Source: Reclinomonas americana ATCC 50394
Taxonomy: Eukaryota
NCBI GenBank assembly: GCA_048213135.1
Contig: PS015009.1
Location: 1,054,001 to 1,118,000, forward strand
DNA: 64,000 nucleotides
Direction: 5' to 3'
The stretch's first letter is position 1, and each line of letters starts with the position of its first letter. A model generated the notes under the pieces. The model was not told the origin of the DNA. It did no database searches and saw nothing but the letters and a program-made list of their open reading frames with translations. Shown here piece by piece: positions 16,668-26,507 of the stretch. A program made the position numbers and the translations under genes.

Positions 16668-19532
16668 TTAAAACTGCGGACCCATCCCCATTCCCGGGCC
16701 ACCCCTGAAATCACCGCCACGGTTGCTGTTGTTCATCGTTGCCCTGCCTTTGCCAAAATTCTTCAGGTTGTAGGTGAAGGTGAGCATGAAATATTGCTGC
16801 AACACCTGGCTTTGTACGTCTTCGATATAAGACTCGGTAACTGTCCGCACAATGCTCTGGTTCTGTTTCAGCAGATCAAACACGGAGAGTTTCAGTTCAC
16901 CCGCATTGTTCTTCAGGAATTTTTTACCGATCGCTGCATTCCATAACCAGTAACTCTGGTTAAGACCGGCGCTTAAACCGGTATAGCTTTGATTGGAGAT
17001 GTCATTCTGTATGAACCAGCCTTTTTTGTTCAGCAGGTTCACCTGCAATGAGGTGGCCTGGTTAACATAGTTATTATTGATGGTAGTGGTGTTGATTGTT
17101 TTAGTGTTGTTGAAATTAGCTGTATACGACAGGTTGAAATCAACATACTCACTGATATTGCTCACCAGCGCCACACCACCGGTGTATACATAATTATTTG
17201 TGGTGGTTTTGCTGCCGTTCACCAGGCCCGGTAATTTGGAATAGTTGAAACCGGCTGTCAGGTTCAGCGCTGTTTTGATGAACTTCAGCGGCATGCTGTA
17301 GTTGAACAGCGTACGCAGGCTCCTGTAACCGTCCAGGTTAACCGGTTTGCTCAATTGTGATCCCTGTTTCAGCACCACACCATTCTGGATGGTGGAATCC
17401 GCTGACGCGATGTAAGTCGCGGTGGATATATAGTCACCAGCAGATTGCAGGAACAGGTTAGCGAAGAAACTCCTTCCTGTTTTTGAATTGGTATAGGTAT
17501 ACCTTCCTGAAAGCAGGTGAACATAGGATTGTTTAAGATCAGGATTACCGCTGCTCACCCTTAATGGGTTGTTCAGGTTAACCACATCCTGCAACTGTGT
17601 TACAGAAGGGAAATTGGTAGAGGCCCTGTAGAATACCCTGATGTTACTTGAGGCCGATAATTTCTTCCTCCACATGGCATTGGGCAGGAAGTTGGTGAAC
17701 GACTGGTTCACGGCTGTTACCGTAGGGAATACCCTGTCGCTTTCCAGTTTGGAATACTGGAAGTTCACACCGATTGACAGCATGGCGTCCCTGTTTTTAG
17801 ACAACCTGTAGTTAACACCTGCGTTATGCGTGGTTACAGTATTGTCGAATTTGTTGGAAAGAGAAGTGTCAAACAGGGAATACTTGGCACCATCATATAA
17901 GAAGGTCTGCTGGTTGGCTTTATTTTTCTGAACAGACGGGTTGTAATCGATTTGCAACTGGCCGAATTTACCGATAGGTTCAGTATAGGCGATGCTGCCA
18001 CCGATGGTTGTACCGGTTGTTGGGTTGTTCATCACCTGGTTTTGTGCAGAATCATTGATCACACCATTGTCGAAAAAGCGGTAAGACACATCATTCAGCG
18101 ATTCACCGTCATTCTTGCTCCAGGTCGTATTCAGGCCAATGGATAATGACCTTCCCCTTTTGGCAAACGCGTGACGGAATAAAATGCTGTTCCTGATATT
18201 GTAACCGTCCCGGTCTGTTGTATAGTTACCCAGCGATGTATTGACAGAATCATTCTCGGCGTAATAAGTTTGTGAAGAAGAGAAAGTACGTGATTTATTG
18301 TTCTGGAAACTGATGCTTGGTATTACGAACAAAGAGTTGCTGGAGTCAATTTTATATTCAAAACGCATGTTGATACGGTTGTTGGTGTTCTTGGTTACCG
18401 TATTGCTGTTTTGTGTGCTGAACAGGTTTTTGCCATTGATACCGAAGGTTTCGGTATTAACCGTTGAAGCGTTGTTGTTGGTGCTGTTGTTGAAGAAATA
18501 GCTGCCGGACACGGTCAGTTTTTTGCCCCATTTATCATTATAGTTAATACCAAAAGCGTTGGTTTTGCTGATACCGCTGGCCTGCCCTACCGAAAAGTTG
18601 TCGGTACCGCCACCGCCTCTGCCACCGCCCCTGTTACCACCTCCCCTGTTGCCACCACCGCTGCTGGTAACACCCAGCAGGTCCTGCGAACCAAAGTTTT
18701 GCTGGTTGATATTATTGAAGTTGCCTACCAGCGAAATACGCCTGTTGCCATTAAAGAAACTGACGTTACCACCCGCCGTGTAACGGTCATCTGTACCATA
18801 TCCCACGTAAGCCCTGCCGAACTGGCCGTTCTTGATGCCGGATTTGGTAACGATATTGATGGCTTTTACGCTGTTACCGTCGTCGAAACCGGTGAGCTGG
18901 GCCTGGTCGCTGAGCCTGTCAAATACCTGTATTTTATCGATCACTTCAGAAGGAAGGTTCTTGAGGGCCGCGGATGCGTCATCACCAAAGAAATCCTTAC
19001 CGTCGATCGTTACTTTCTTTACCTGTTCGCCCAGGGCGGTTACAGTGCCGTCTTTACCAACGGTAATACCCGGCAGTTTTTTGATCAGGTCCTCAGCCGT
19101 CGCGTCGGGGTTAACCTTAAACTGGCTGGCGCTGAATTCAGAGGTATCCGCTTTTTGCCTTACCGGGGGAGCCTGGCTTTTAACCACTACCTCACCCAGT
19201 GTGGCGGCAAGTTTATTCAGTGTAAAAGTGATGGGTTCTTTATTGCTGGCCTGCAGGGCTACCCGTTGCGAAATACCTTCGTAACCAATATTGCTGGCTG
19301 TAAGGGTGTAAGCACTGGCATTCAGTCCGTTAAACTGGAAATTACCCCTGGCATCGGTCACCACCAGGCGCTTATTGGCGGTATCTCTCTGGGATACCAG
19401 GCTGATGGAGGCTCCCGCTATGGGCGTATTGTCGGCCTTGTCGGTCAGGCGGCCTTTTAATGTGATGTCCTGGCTGTACGCAAAAACCGTTGCTAACATA
19501 AATAAGAGCAGGGCTGGTAATCTTTTGATCAT
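16668..19532 (-). CDS. TonB-dependent receptor / outer membrane beta-barrel protein
   Basis: Signal peptide, carboxypeptidase-regulatory-like N domain, plug EDLIKKLPG..IDGKDFF, GNPDLKQS, terminal YFMLTFTYNL. Confidence 0.9.
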   Translation of the reverse strand: MIKRLPALLLFMLATVFAYSQDITLKGRLTDKADNTPIAGASISLVSQRDTANKRLVVTDARGNFQFNGLNASAYTLTASNIGYEGISQRVALQASNKEPITFTLNKLAATLGEVVVKSQAPPVRQKADTSEFSASQFKVNPDATAEDLIKKLPGITVGKDGTVTALGEQVKKVTIDGKDFFGDDASAALKNLPSEVIDKIQVFDRLSDQAQLTGFDDGNSVKAINIVTKSGIKNGQFGRAYVGYGTDDRYTAGGNVSFFNGNRRISLVGNFNNINQQNFGSQDLLGVTSSGGGNRGGGNRGGGRGGGGTDNFSVGQASGISKTNAFGINYNDKWGKKLTVSGSYFFNNSTNNNASTVNTETFGINGKNLFSTQNSNTVTKNTNNRINMRFEYKIDSSNSLFVIPSISFQNNKSRTFSSSQTYYAENDSVNTSLGNYTTDRDGYNIRNSILFRHAFAKRGRSLSIGLNTTWSKNDGESLNDVSYRFFDNGVINDSAQNQVMNNPTTGTTIGGSIAYTEPIGKFGQLQIDYNPSVQKNKANQQTFLYDGAKYSLFDTSLSNKFDNTVTTHNAGVNYRLSKNRDAMLSIGVNFQYSKLESDRVFPTVTAVNQSFTNFLPNAMWRKKLSASSNIRVFYRASTNFPSVTQLQDVVNLNNPLRVSSGNPDLKQSYVHLLSGRYTYTNSKTGRSFFANLFLQSAGDYISTATYIASADSTIQNGVVLKQGSQLSKPVNLDGYRSLRTLFNYSMPLKFIKTALNLTAGFNYSKLPGLVNGSKTTTNNYVYTGGVALVSNISEYVDFNLSYTANFNNTKTINTTTINNNYVNQATSLQVNLLNKKGWFIQNDISNQSYTGLSAGLNQSYWLWNAAIGKKFLKNNAGELKLSVFDLLKQNQSIVRTVTESYIEDVQSQVLQQYFMLTFTYNLKNFGKGRATMNNSNRGGDFRGGPGMGMGPQF

Positions 19533-19736
19533 AAGTTTCGTTTATATGGACAATTAGACGATATACCATGCCAAAACTGTCGGCTGTCTCAAAAGTTTTT
19601 TTATTACTATATATCCGGGGTTGTAAAAGAAATGTTAAAGACTTGCCTGTGAGCCGCTTTGGTGAAGGACAGCCCGGCCAACCCGGGGTTATTTACTTTT
19701 TTCCGTTAACTTGCACGCCTAAAAAATTTCGATTGT

Positions 19737-20243
19737 ATGGAATATAATAAATTGGTTTCCATCACCGGGCTGAGCGGTTTGTATGAACTGCTGTCATCCA
19801 AAGCCGATGGTGGTGTTGTCCGTTCCCTGGAAGACAAGACTTCAAAATTTGTCAGCACCCGTATTCACAATTTTTCGCACCTGGAGAGTATCGAGATCTA
19901 CACCGTGAAAGACAATGTGAACCTGGTGGATGTATTTACCGCTATGAAAGAAAGCAGTGAGAAACTGCCCGATGCCGGCGATAACAAAGCACTGAAAGCC
20001 TATTTTGAAAAAGTATATCCTGATATGGATTTTGAAAGGGTGTATACCAGCGATATGAAGAAAATGGTAAAATGGTTCGCCGTGCTTACTGCCAACAATG
20101 TTGACATTAAACTGTCGGAAGGCGCTGCGGATGAAGGCCAGGCCGAAGCCACCGCCGTTAAAGCCAAGCCTGTAGAGGCTAAGGCCGCAGCCGTAAAAAA
20201 TGCGCCTGCCAAAAAGATAAATGCTCCACGCAAGATGGCTTAA
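19737..20243 (+). CDS. DUF5606/DUF6852-like conserved Bacteroidota protein
   Basis: VSITGLSGLYEL, LESIEIYT, FEKVYPDMDFERVYTSDMKKMVKW. Confidence 0.85.
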   Translation: MEYNKLVSITGLSGLYELLSSKADGGVVRSLEDKTSKFVSTRIHNFSHLESIEIYTVKDNVNLVDVFTAMKESSEKLPDAGDNKALKAYFEKVYPDMDFERVYTSDMKKMVKWFAVLTANNVDIKLSEGAADEGQAEATAVKAKPVEAKAAAVKNAPAKKINAPRKMA

Positions 20244-20251
20244 ATAATTTT

Positions 20252-20287
20252 CCCGGGCGCTCTCCACGAGTGCCCGGGTTGTTTTTT
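20252..20287 (+). terminator. Intrinsic terminator
   Basis: CCCGGGCGC/GTGCCCGGG stem followed by TTGTTTTTT. Confidence 0.65.
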
Positions 20288-20316
20288 CCCGCCCCTCACC
20301 TTACCCCCTTCTTCTC

Positions 20317-22029
20317 ATGAAATATTCTGCCGATATTGAAAAGTTACCGCGTCATTATATGCCTGCGGATTTTGTGCTGAACAACTGGTCAGACCTGGAA
20401 CCTTTTTTTAAAGAATTACTGGAAAGAACTGTCAGTACAAAAGAAGAACTGGAACAATGGCTCCGCGACCAGAGTGAAGTGGAAGCCGTAGTAAATGAGG
20501 ATGCCTGCTGGCGGCAGATCCGCATGACCTGCGATACGGAGAATAAGGAACTGGAAGAAGCCTTCAATTTTTTCTGCCTCGAAATACAGCCACAGATACA
20601 ACCCTATGCAGATGCGCTCAACCGCAAACTGCTGGAACTCCCGGTTTTGGCTGAACTGGACAAGGAAAAATATCTCACCTACCTGCGCAGCGTACGCAAG
20701 AGCATTGAACTTTTTCGCGAAGAAAATATTGCTTTACAGGCCGAGCTTTCTGTTCTGCAACAGCAATACGGTGTGATCACCGGGCAGATGATGGTTACTG
20801 TTGACGGAGAGGAATATACCTTGCAGCAGGCCGCCAAATTCCTCGAAAGCCACGACCGCTCTAAAAGAGAGGAGGTATACCATAAAATACAGCAACGCAG
20901 GCTGCAGGATAAGCAACCCCTCAATGAGCTGTATTCGCAATTGGTAGAGAAAAGGAACAAAGAAGCATTGAATGCCGGTTTTGGTAATTACCGCGACTAC
21001 CGTTTCAAACAACTCGGCCGTTTTGATTATACCAAGGAAGACTGTTTTCGTTTTCATGAGGCCGTGAAACAGCATGTGCTGCCACTGGTGAACAGCATCT
21101 ACCGTAAGAAAAAAGAAAAACTGGGGTTGGATACATTGCGTCCCTGGGATATTGATGCGGAACCCGAAGGCTCTTCGCCCCTGCGTCCTTTTGCAGGCAG
21201 TAAAGAACTCATCAGCAAAACCATAGATTGTTTCCGCCAGTTGCGCCCCTTCTTCGGCGATTGCCTGGAGCGCATGCAACAGATCGGCCACCTCGACCTG
21301 GAAAGCAGGAAGGGCAAGGCCCCCGGCGGGTATAACTGTCCGCTCCCTGAAAGTGGCGCTCCCTTTATTTTTATGAATGCCGCCGGGCAGATGCAGGATG
21401 TGGTGACCATGGTACATGAAGGCGGGCATGCGGTGCATTCCTTCCTGGCGCATCACCTGGAGCTGAGCGGCTTTAAGGAATACCCCATGGAAATAGCCGA
21501 AGTAGCCAGTATGGCCATGGAACTGTTCAGCATGGACCGCTGGGATGCTTTCTTCGATAAAGAAGAAGACCTGGTAAAAGCCAAGGAACACCAGATGGAA
21601 AGGGTGATCACCATCTTCCCCTGGATCGCCATTATCGATAAATTCCAGCACTGGGTATATGAGCATCCTTCACATACGGAGGAAGAAAGAACCGCGGCGT
21701 GGACAGCCATCCTGCACGAATTCCAGGACGACGTGATCGACTACAGCGGACTGGAAGCCTACCGCAGCAATGCCTGGCAACGGCAGCTGCATTTGTTTGA
21801 AGTGCCTTTTTATTATATCGAATACGGTATTGCCCAGCTGGGCGCCATTGGTATGTGGATGCAGTTCAGGGAAAATAAGGAGAAGGCGCTGGACAATTAC
21901 TGTCATGCACTTTCACTGGGCGGCACACGTACATTACCCGAGTTGTATGCCGATGCCGGTCTGCCTTTCGACTTTTCGCCGGAAAGGATCAAACTGCTGA
22001 TGGATTTTGTAAAGAAGGAAATGAACTGA
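20317..22029 (+). CDS. M3 family oligoendopeptidase
   Basis: HEGGH zinc motif, GKAPGGY, EVASMAME, HLFEVPFYYIEY. Confidence 0.95.
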   Translation: MKYSADIEKLPRHYMPADFVLNNWSDLEPFFKELLERTVSTKEELEQWLRDQSEVEAVVNEDACWRQIRMTCDTENKELEEAFNFFCLEIQPQIQPYADALNRKLLELPVLAELDKEKYLTYLRSVRKSIELFREENIALQAELSVLQQQYGVITGQMMVTVDGEEYTLQQAAKFLESHDRSKREEVYHKIQQRRLQDKQPLNELYSQLVEKRNKEALNAGFGNYRDYRFKQLGRFDYTKEDCFRFHEAVKQHVLPLVNSIYRKKKEKLGLDTLRPWDIDAEPEGSSPLRPFAGSKELISKTIDCFRQLRPFFGDCLERMQQIGHLDLESRKGKAPGGYNCPLPESGAPFIFMNAAGQMQDVVTMVHEGGHAVHSFLAHHLELSGFKEYPMEIAEVASMAMELFSMDRWDAFFDKEEDLVKAKEHQMERVITIFPWIAIIDKFQHWVYEHPSHTEEERTAAWTAILHEFQDDVIDYSGLEAYRSNAWQRQLHLFEVPFYYIEYGIAQLGAIGMWMQFRENKEKALDNYCHALSLGGTRTLPELYADAGLPFDFSPERIKLLMDFVKKEMN

Positions 22030-22030
22030 T

Positions 22031-22444
22031 TTATTTACAGTCGTCGCAGATTCCTTTCACCACCACTTCCGTTTGTTTTTGCACGTAACCTTTGGGGAGT
22101 TTTACCTTAGGTACCGTCACTTCATCGAGGCAGATCGTTTTGTTGCAGTCGTCGCAAACAAAATGCACATGGTTATCGTGGTGATGACCCGCTTCGCATT
22201 CTTCCCTGCAAAGTGCGTACAGAATAGAGTTATCCGTAGTAGGAATATGATGGATGATGCCTTTCTCCACAAAGATTTGCAGGGTGCGGTACACCGTTAC
22301 CCTGTCGAAAGCGCCTTCCGTGGCTTTTTCAATATCGCCATGAGATAAAGCACCTGCGCTGCCGGTGAACAATTCCAGTATCTTTTTCCTCCCGTCGGTA
22401 ACACTGAGCTGGTTCTTCTTCAATATGTCCAGGATCGTTTTCAT
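22031..22444 (-). CDS. Fur family transcriptional regulator
   Basis: DRVTVYRTL, HHHDNHVHFVCDDC, GICDDC. Confidence 0.93.
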   Translation of the reverse strand: MKTILDILKKNQLSVTDGRKKILELFTGSAGALSHGDIEKATEGAFDRVTVYRTLQIFVEKGIIHHIPTTDNSILYALCREECEAGHHHDNHVHFVCDDCNKTICLDEVTVPKVKLPKGYVQKQTEVVVKGICDDCK

Positions 22445-22470
22445 AACATTACATTTAATCAGCACACCAT

Positions 22471-23196
22471 TTAGTTCGGGTTGTTGTTGAACCCGTTCAT
22501 AAAGCGCTTGCTGGTGGTTTTCTCTTTCAGCAGTCCTTTGATATCGGTAAGCAGTTTTTGTACTTCATCTTCTTTCAAACCATCATATATGCCTCTCACC
22601 CGGCGTTGTTTATCAAGCAAAGCAAAAAACTGGGTATGAATGAACTCGTCGGCAATGTTCTGACCCGGAGTCGGTTTACCGTCGTCGATCATATAGCTTT
22701 GGCGGGCCATGGTATACAAAGGTTTCTTATCGCCGGTAACAAAGAACCAGTTGGGATTGTTGATGGTTTTAACGGTACTGTCCTCTTCCAGCCTGTACGT
22801 ACCGTCTGCCGTTTTTTCCAGCTTCCCGTTGATCATCTTGGCTTCGTAGGCTTTCAGCAGCGGTACCGAATCGGTCTCGGGCATGCAGCTGTGCGACAGG
22901 ATGAGGAAGCCCGGCTCATCTTTATACGCGTCAAACACCCGGCGCATATTGGCATTCATACGCGGGCAGATGCCTTTACAGGTGGTGAAAAAATACTCCG
23001 CCACGTATACTTTGCCGTCAATGTCTTTCTGGGTAAAGGGTTTGTTATTCTGGTCGGTAAAGCTGAAATCCTGTACTTTATCGTTGATTACCGGTAAAAG
23101 CGAACGGCTCATATCCTGGTCGCGGAATACAAAGAACAGGAACGCACCTACCAGTACCACACCAAATATTGCGTAAAAGACCAGTTTCCTGCTCAT
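22471..23196 (-). CDS. SCO1/SenC family protein
   Basis: FFTTCKGICP CxxxC, FIHTQ His, RGIYDG. Confidence 0.93.
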   Translation of the reverse strand: MSRKLVFYAIFGVVLVGAFLFFVFRDQDMSRSLLPVINDKVQDFSFTDQNNKPFTQKDIDGKVYVAEYFFTTCKGICPRMNANMRRVFDAYKDEPGFLILSHSCMPETDSVPLLKAYEAKMINGKLEKTADGTYRLEEDSTVKTINNPNWFFVTGDKKPLYTMARQSYMIDDGKPTPGQNIADEFIHTQFFALLDKQRRVRGIYDGLKEDEVQKLLTDIKGLLKEKTTSKRFMNGFNNNPN

Positions 23197-23289
23197 AGAG
23201 GCTATTTTTTGCAAAGTTAGTTAATGTTGGGGGGAAATGGAGACGGGGGTGCCGGATGCAAGATATTGGGCCATTTACCGGGAAAGGCT

Positions 23290-23297
23290 TATTTTTG
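23290..23297 (+). promoter_or_regulatory. Bacteroidota -7 promoter box
   Basis: TATTTTTG matches TAnnTTTG, 39 bp upstream of the MerC-like start. Confidence 0.55.
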
Positions 23298-23335
23298 CAA
23301 CACTGATTCAAATATTAATGACCGGGAATACAGAT

Positions 23336-23725
23336 ATGAAACTAAAGATGAACTGGGACGCCATGGGTATTGCCACTTCGGTAGTTTGTGCCATACATTG
23401 TGCTGTACTGCCCATCCTCGCTACCAGCCTGCCTGTTTTTGGGGTTGATATTGTGCACAACGGGGTATTTGAATGGGGTATGATCGCACTGGCGCTGGTT
23501 GTGGGTTCTTACGCCCTGGTTCATGGTTTTATCAAACACCACCGTTCTTATATTCCCATGATCATTTTTGCCACAGGGTTTATCTTCTTAGTCCTGAAAC
23601 AGTTCTTCCCGGCCTATGAAATTATTTTCCTGGTTATCGCTGTAACTTCCATTATCAGTGCTCATTACTACAACTATGTGCTTTGCCACAGGAGCAAATG
23701 TTCATCGCCGCATCATAAGCATTAG
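23336..23725 (+). CDS. MerC domain membrane protein
   Basis: DAMGIATSVVCAIHC, four TM segments, His-rich end. Confidence 0.88.
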   Translation: MKLKMNWDAMGIATSVVCAIHCAVLPILATSLPVFGVDIVHNGVFEWGMIALALVVGSYALVHGFIKHHRSYIPMIIFATGFIFLVLKQFFPAYEIIFLVIAVTSIISAHYYNYVLCHRSKCSSPHHKH

Positions 23726-23853
23726 GCTTTTTTCACAGAGCTTCACAGAGAGTTTTCACAGAAGTACACGGAGTCGCCGTATGCATCTCTCTGAAACGAC
23801 TTTGGGTATCTTTGTGAAAGACATATCTTACTTGTAAACACAACCTCCCGGCT

Positions 23854-24279
23854 ATGAATAAAATACCCCTGTTGCTCCTCATCTGCATAACCAGTGTCGC
23901 TGTGCAAGCGCAATCCAAAGATGAGCAGACCATCCGTAAAGCATTGTCCATACAAAACGAGGCCTGGAACCGGGGCGACCTGGAAACGTTCATGTCCACC
24001 TACCTCAACAGTGACTCACTCATGTTCATTGGCAAAAGCGGCGTTACCTACGGCTGGAAAAATACACTGGACAATTATAAAAAAGGCTACCCCGATACAG
24101 CCACTATGGGCAAACTCCGGTTCGACCTGCTGGAGTTCAAACGCTTATCACCGGAGTACTATTTCGTAGTAGGCAAATGGTTCCTTACCCGAAGCATAGG
24201 CAATGTGGGCGGGCATTTCACGCTGTTGTTCCGGAAGATAAAAGGGAAGTGGTATATCATTGCGGATCACAGTTCCTAA
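23854..24279 (+). CDS. NTF2-like (DUF4440/YybH) protein
   Basis: AWNRGDLETFM, GWKNTLDNYKKGYP, WYIIADHSS. Confidence 0.88.
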   Translation: MNKIPLLLLICITSVAVQAQSKDEQTIRKALSIQNEAWNRGDLETFMSTYLNSDSLMFIGKSGVTYGWKNTLDNYKKGYPDTATMGKLRFDLLEFKRLSPEYYFVVGKWFLTRSIGNVGGHFTLLFRKIKGKWYIIADHSS

Positions 24280-24366
24280 TGTGCGAATATGCGGATGTGA
24301 TAATTGAGGTCGGCTAAAAAGAAAAGTTGATCCCAGTGGCCGAACAAATGGTAAATCGTAAACAGT

Positions 24367-24585
24367 TTACAGTTTCCACTTTCTCCAGAGGTATATCACT
24401 AATGCAACAAAACTCACGAGGAAAAAAGCGTAGAATAAATAGTTGGTCCAATCGGGTTTTTCAGGAAAGAAAGCATATCCCTTATAAATGCCGATGAATA
24501 CATTCAGCATCATCCACAACAATACCATGGAGATGGTTTGCATTATACGGACGAGGAAGTCCTTCGTTTCGTTTTCAATTCCCAT
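24367..24585 (-). CDS. Small two-TM membrane protein
   Basis: 72 aa, two hydrophobic helices. Confidence 0.7.
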   Translation of the reverse strand: MGIENETKDFLVRIMQTISMVLLWMMLNVFIGIYKGYAFFPEKPDWTNYLFYAFFLVSFVALVIYLWRKWKL

Positions 24586-24612
24586 TATCCTAAGCTACTA
24601 AGAATTATGATA

Positions 24613-25377
24613 TCAGCGGATGAGTAATTTGCGGAAGGCGGCACTGTCGCCGTTGAATACATTAAAGTCTACATAAGCGTCGATGCCGTTCACATGCCCG
24701 GTTTCATTGTGCTGCCACAGGTCCCAGTGGCGTTCAATGCGGGGCCTGTCTTTTACCAGGTAATGAGCAATCCACAGCGGATACTCATCAAATTCCTTTC
24801 CCAGTATATTCGTATAAAAGCCTACGTTGGTATAGATCAGCGGCCGCACTTTGTAATGCTGCTCCACCAGTTGCAACCAGTCTTTGGCCCGCTGGCGGAT
24901 GTCTGCAGCGGAAGTGCCGTTCACCGTTTCAATATCCAGCACCGGCGGCAGATCGCCTTTTTGAAGGCTTACGGTTTCAATGAAATTCTCTGCCTGTGCC
25001 TTGCCGCTTTTGCTGGCGATGAAAAAATGATACGCACCCCGGGGCATCCCTTCGCGGCGGGCATTGGCCCAGTTGCGGCGGAACGACCCGTCTACATTAC
25101 CCAGCCCCTCCGTAGCCTTGATAAAGGCAAAACCAATCTTCACCTGTTTCACCTGCATCATTTTCACTTCCTTCCAGTCAATATCATCCTGGTGGCGGCT
25201 TACATCAATACCATGAATGGAATAACTCACCGGAATATCGATCCCGAAACCCGGGTAACGCACAAACCGCGGACCGGCATAGTACCGGCCAATATAATAG
25301 GTGGCCACAGTAATGCCTGCCAGCAGGAAAAAGGCAAGTAGTATCCTGGCGAGTATATTTTTTCTTTTCCGGGCCAA
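24613..25377 (-). CDS. GH25 lysozyme/muramidase
   Basis: GIDVSRHQ, IKATEG, GAYHFF, LPPVLDIE, LWIAHY, VDFNVF. Confidence 0.95.
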   Translation of the reverse strand: MARKRKNILARILLAFFLLAGITVATYYIGRYYAGPRFVRYPGFGIDIPVSYSIHGIDVSRHQDDIDWKEVKMMQVKQVKIGFAFIKATEGLGNVDGSFRRNWANARREGMPRGAYHFFIASKSGKAQAENFIETVSLQKGDLPPVLDIETVNGTSAADIRQRAKDWLQLVEQHYKVRPLIYTNVGFYTNILGKEFDEYPLWIAHYLVKDRPRIERHWDLWQHNETGHVNGIDAYVDFNVFNGDSAAFRKLLIR

Positions 25378-25534
25378 TGGTGCTAAATAGCTGGTTATTA
25401 GGTTAAAATACTTTAATTACCGTGCAAATTTCTTTCAAATAGCGATACCCGTTTTATAAAATTTTGTGAAAGGGCAATATCGGCCTTTTTCACCCGTTTA
25501 CACAAACGCCCGGCCATTCCGGCCCGGCGCAACA

Positions 25535-26446
25535 ATGTTCAGCATGAGTATAACAACAACACGCAGGATCGCCACCCATGCGATCGTACTCCTCGGCTGC
25601 CTTTTTGCGGCCGCAGTTTCTAACGGTAATCCGTATTCGCCTGATTCCAGCAGTAAGCCGCTTATGGCCGGTCTTGAGAAGAAAGGCAAGACAGAGTTTG
25701 TGATCAGGCAGCCGAACGTGGTATTCCCCGACGCACTCAGTGGTCATGAGGAAGAGAGTTTATCTTATATAGAAAAATTCAGCAATAATCGCCGCGACTA
25801 TATCATCCGCACCTACAACCGTGGTAAAAAATTCTTTCCTAAAGTAAGCACCATATTCAACCGTTATAAAGTTCCGGAAGAGCTGAAAGTACTGATCGCC
25901 CTGGAAAGCGCTTTCAATGGCAACGCGGTGTCCAAAGCCGGCGCCGTAGGGTACTGGCAGATCATGGATGAAGTGGCCCGTGAATACGGGATGAAATATG
26001 TGTCACAGGCAGATATTGCCGCGGCTAAAAAAGCAGCCACGGTTAAAAAAGGCAAGAAAGGCAAAATTGCCAAACCAAAAGTTATGCTGGCCCGCGATGA
26101 CCGGAAGAACTTCCTGCGCTCCACTTCCGCAGCCGCCCGCTACCTGCGTGACCGCGGCCGTAACCTCGATAACGACCTGCTGCTGATGGTGGCCAGCTAC
26201 AACTGTGGTGTGGGCAACGTTTGGAACGCCATGGAAAAGAGCGGAAAGTCCGAACCGGACTTTTGGGACATTAAGGATTACCTGCCCGCCGAAACCCGGG
26301 CCTATGTTATGAACTTCATCACGCTTAACGTGATCTTCCATAATTATGAAGGCTTTATCAACAACAGCCTCACGTTTACGCCGGTAAAGGTGAAACTGGA
26401 CGAGACAGGTAAAGAAGCCACCACCACCCCGGTAAAGACCCTGTAA
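25535..26446 (+). CDS. Lytic transglycosylase (SLT domain, MltD-like)
   Basis: ALES, AVSKAGAVGYWQIM, ASYNCG, LPAETRAYV; start uncertain. Confidence 0.9.
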   Translation: MFSMSITTTRRIATHAIVLLGCLFAAAVSNGNPYSPDSSSKPLMAGLEKKGKTEFVIRQPNVVFPDALSGHEEESLSYIEKFSNNRRDYIIRTYNRGKKFFPKVSTIFNRYKVPEELKVLIALESAFNGNAVSKAGAVGYWQIMDEVAREYGMKYVSQADIAAAKKAATVKKGKKGKIAKPKVMLARDDRKNFLRSTSAAARYLRDRGRNLDNDLLLMVASYNCGVGNVWNAMEKSGKSEPDFWDIKDYLPAETRAYVMNFITLNVIFHNYEGFINNSLTFTPVKVKLDETGKEATTTPVKTL

Positions 26447-26507
26447 AACATCGCTTTTCGAAAGCAGGCCGCAGCACAGATACGGCAATACCCGTATTTT
26501 TGTACCG

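Noticed and set aside
24367-25377. Phage lysis cassette (GH25 plus small TM protein)
   Set aside because: GH25 has its own N-terminal anchor, there are no phage genes, and the context is chromosomal
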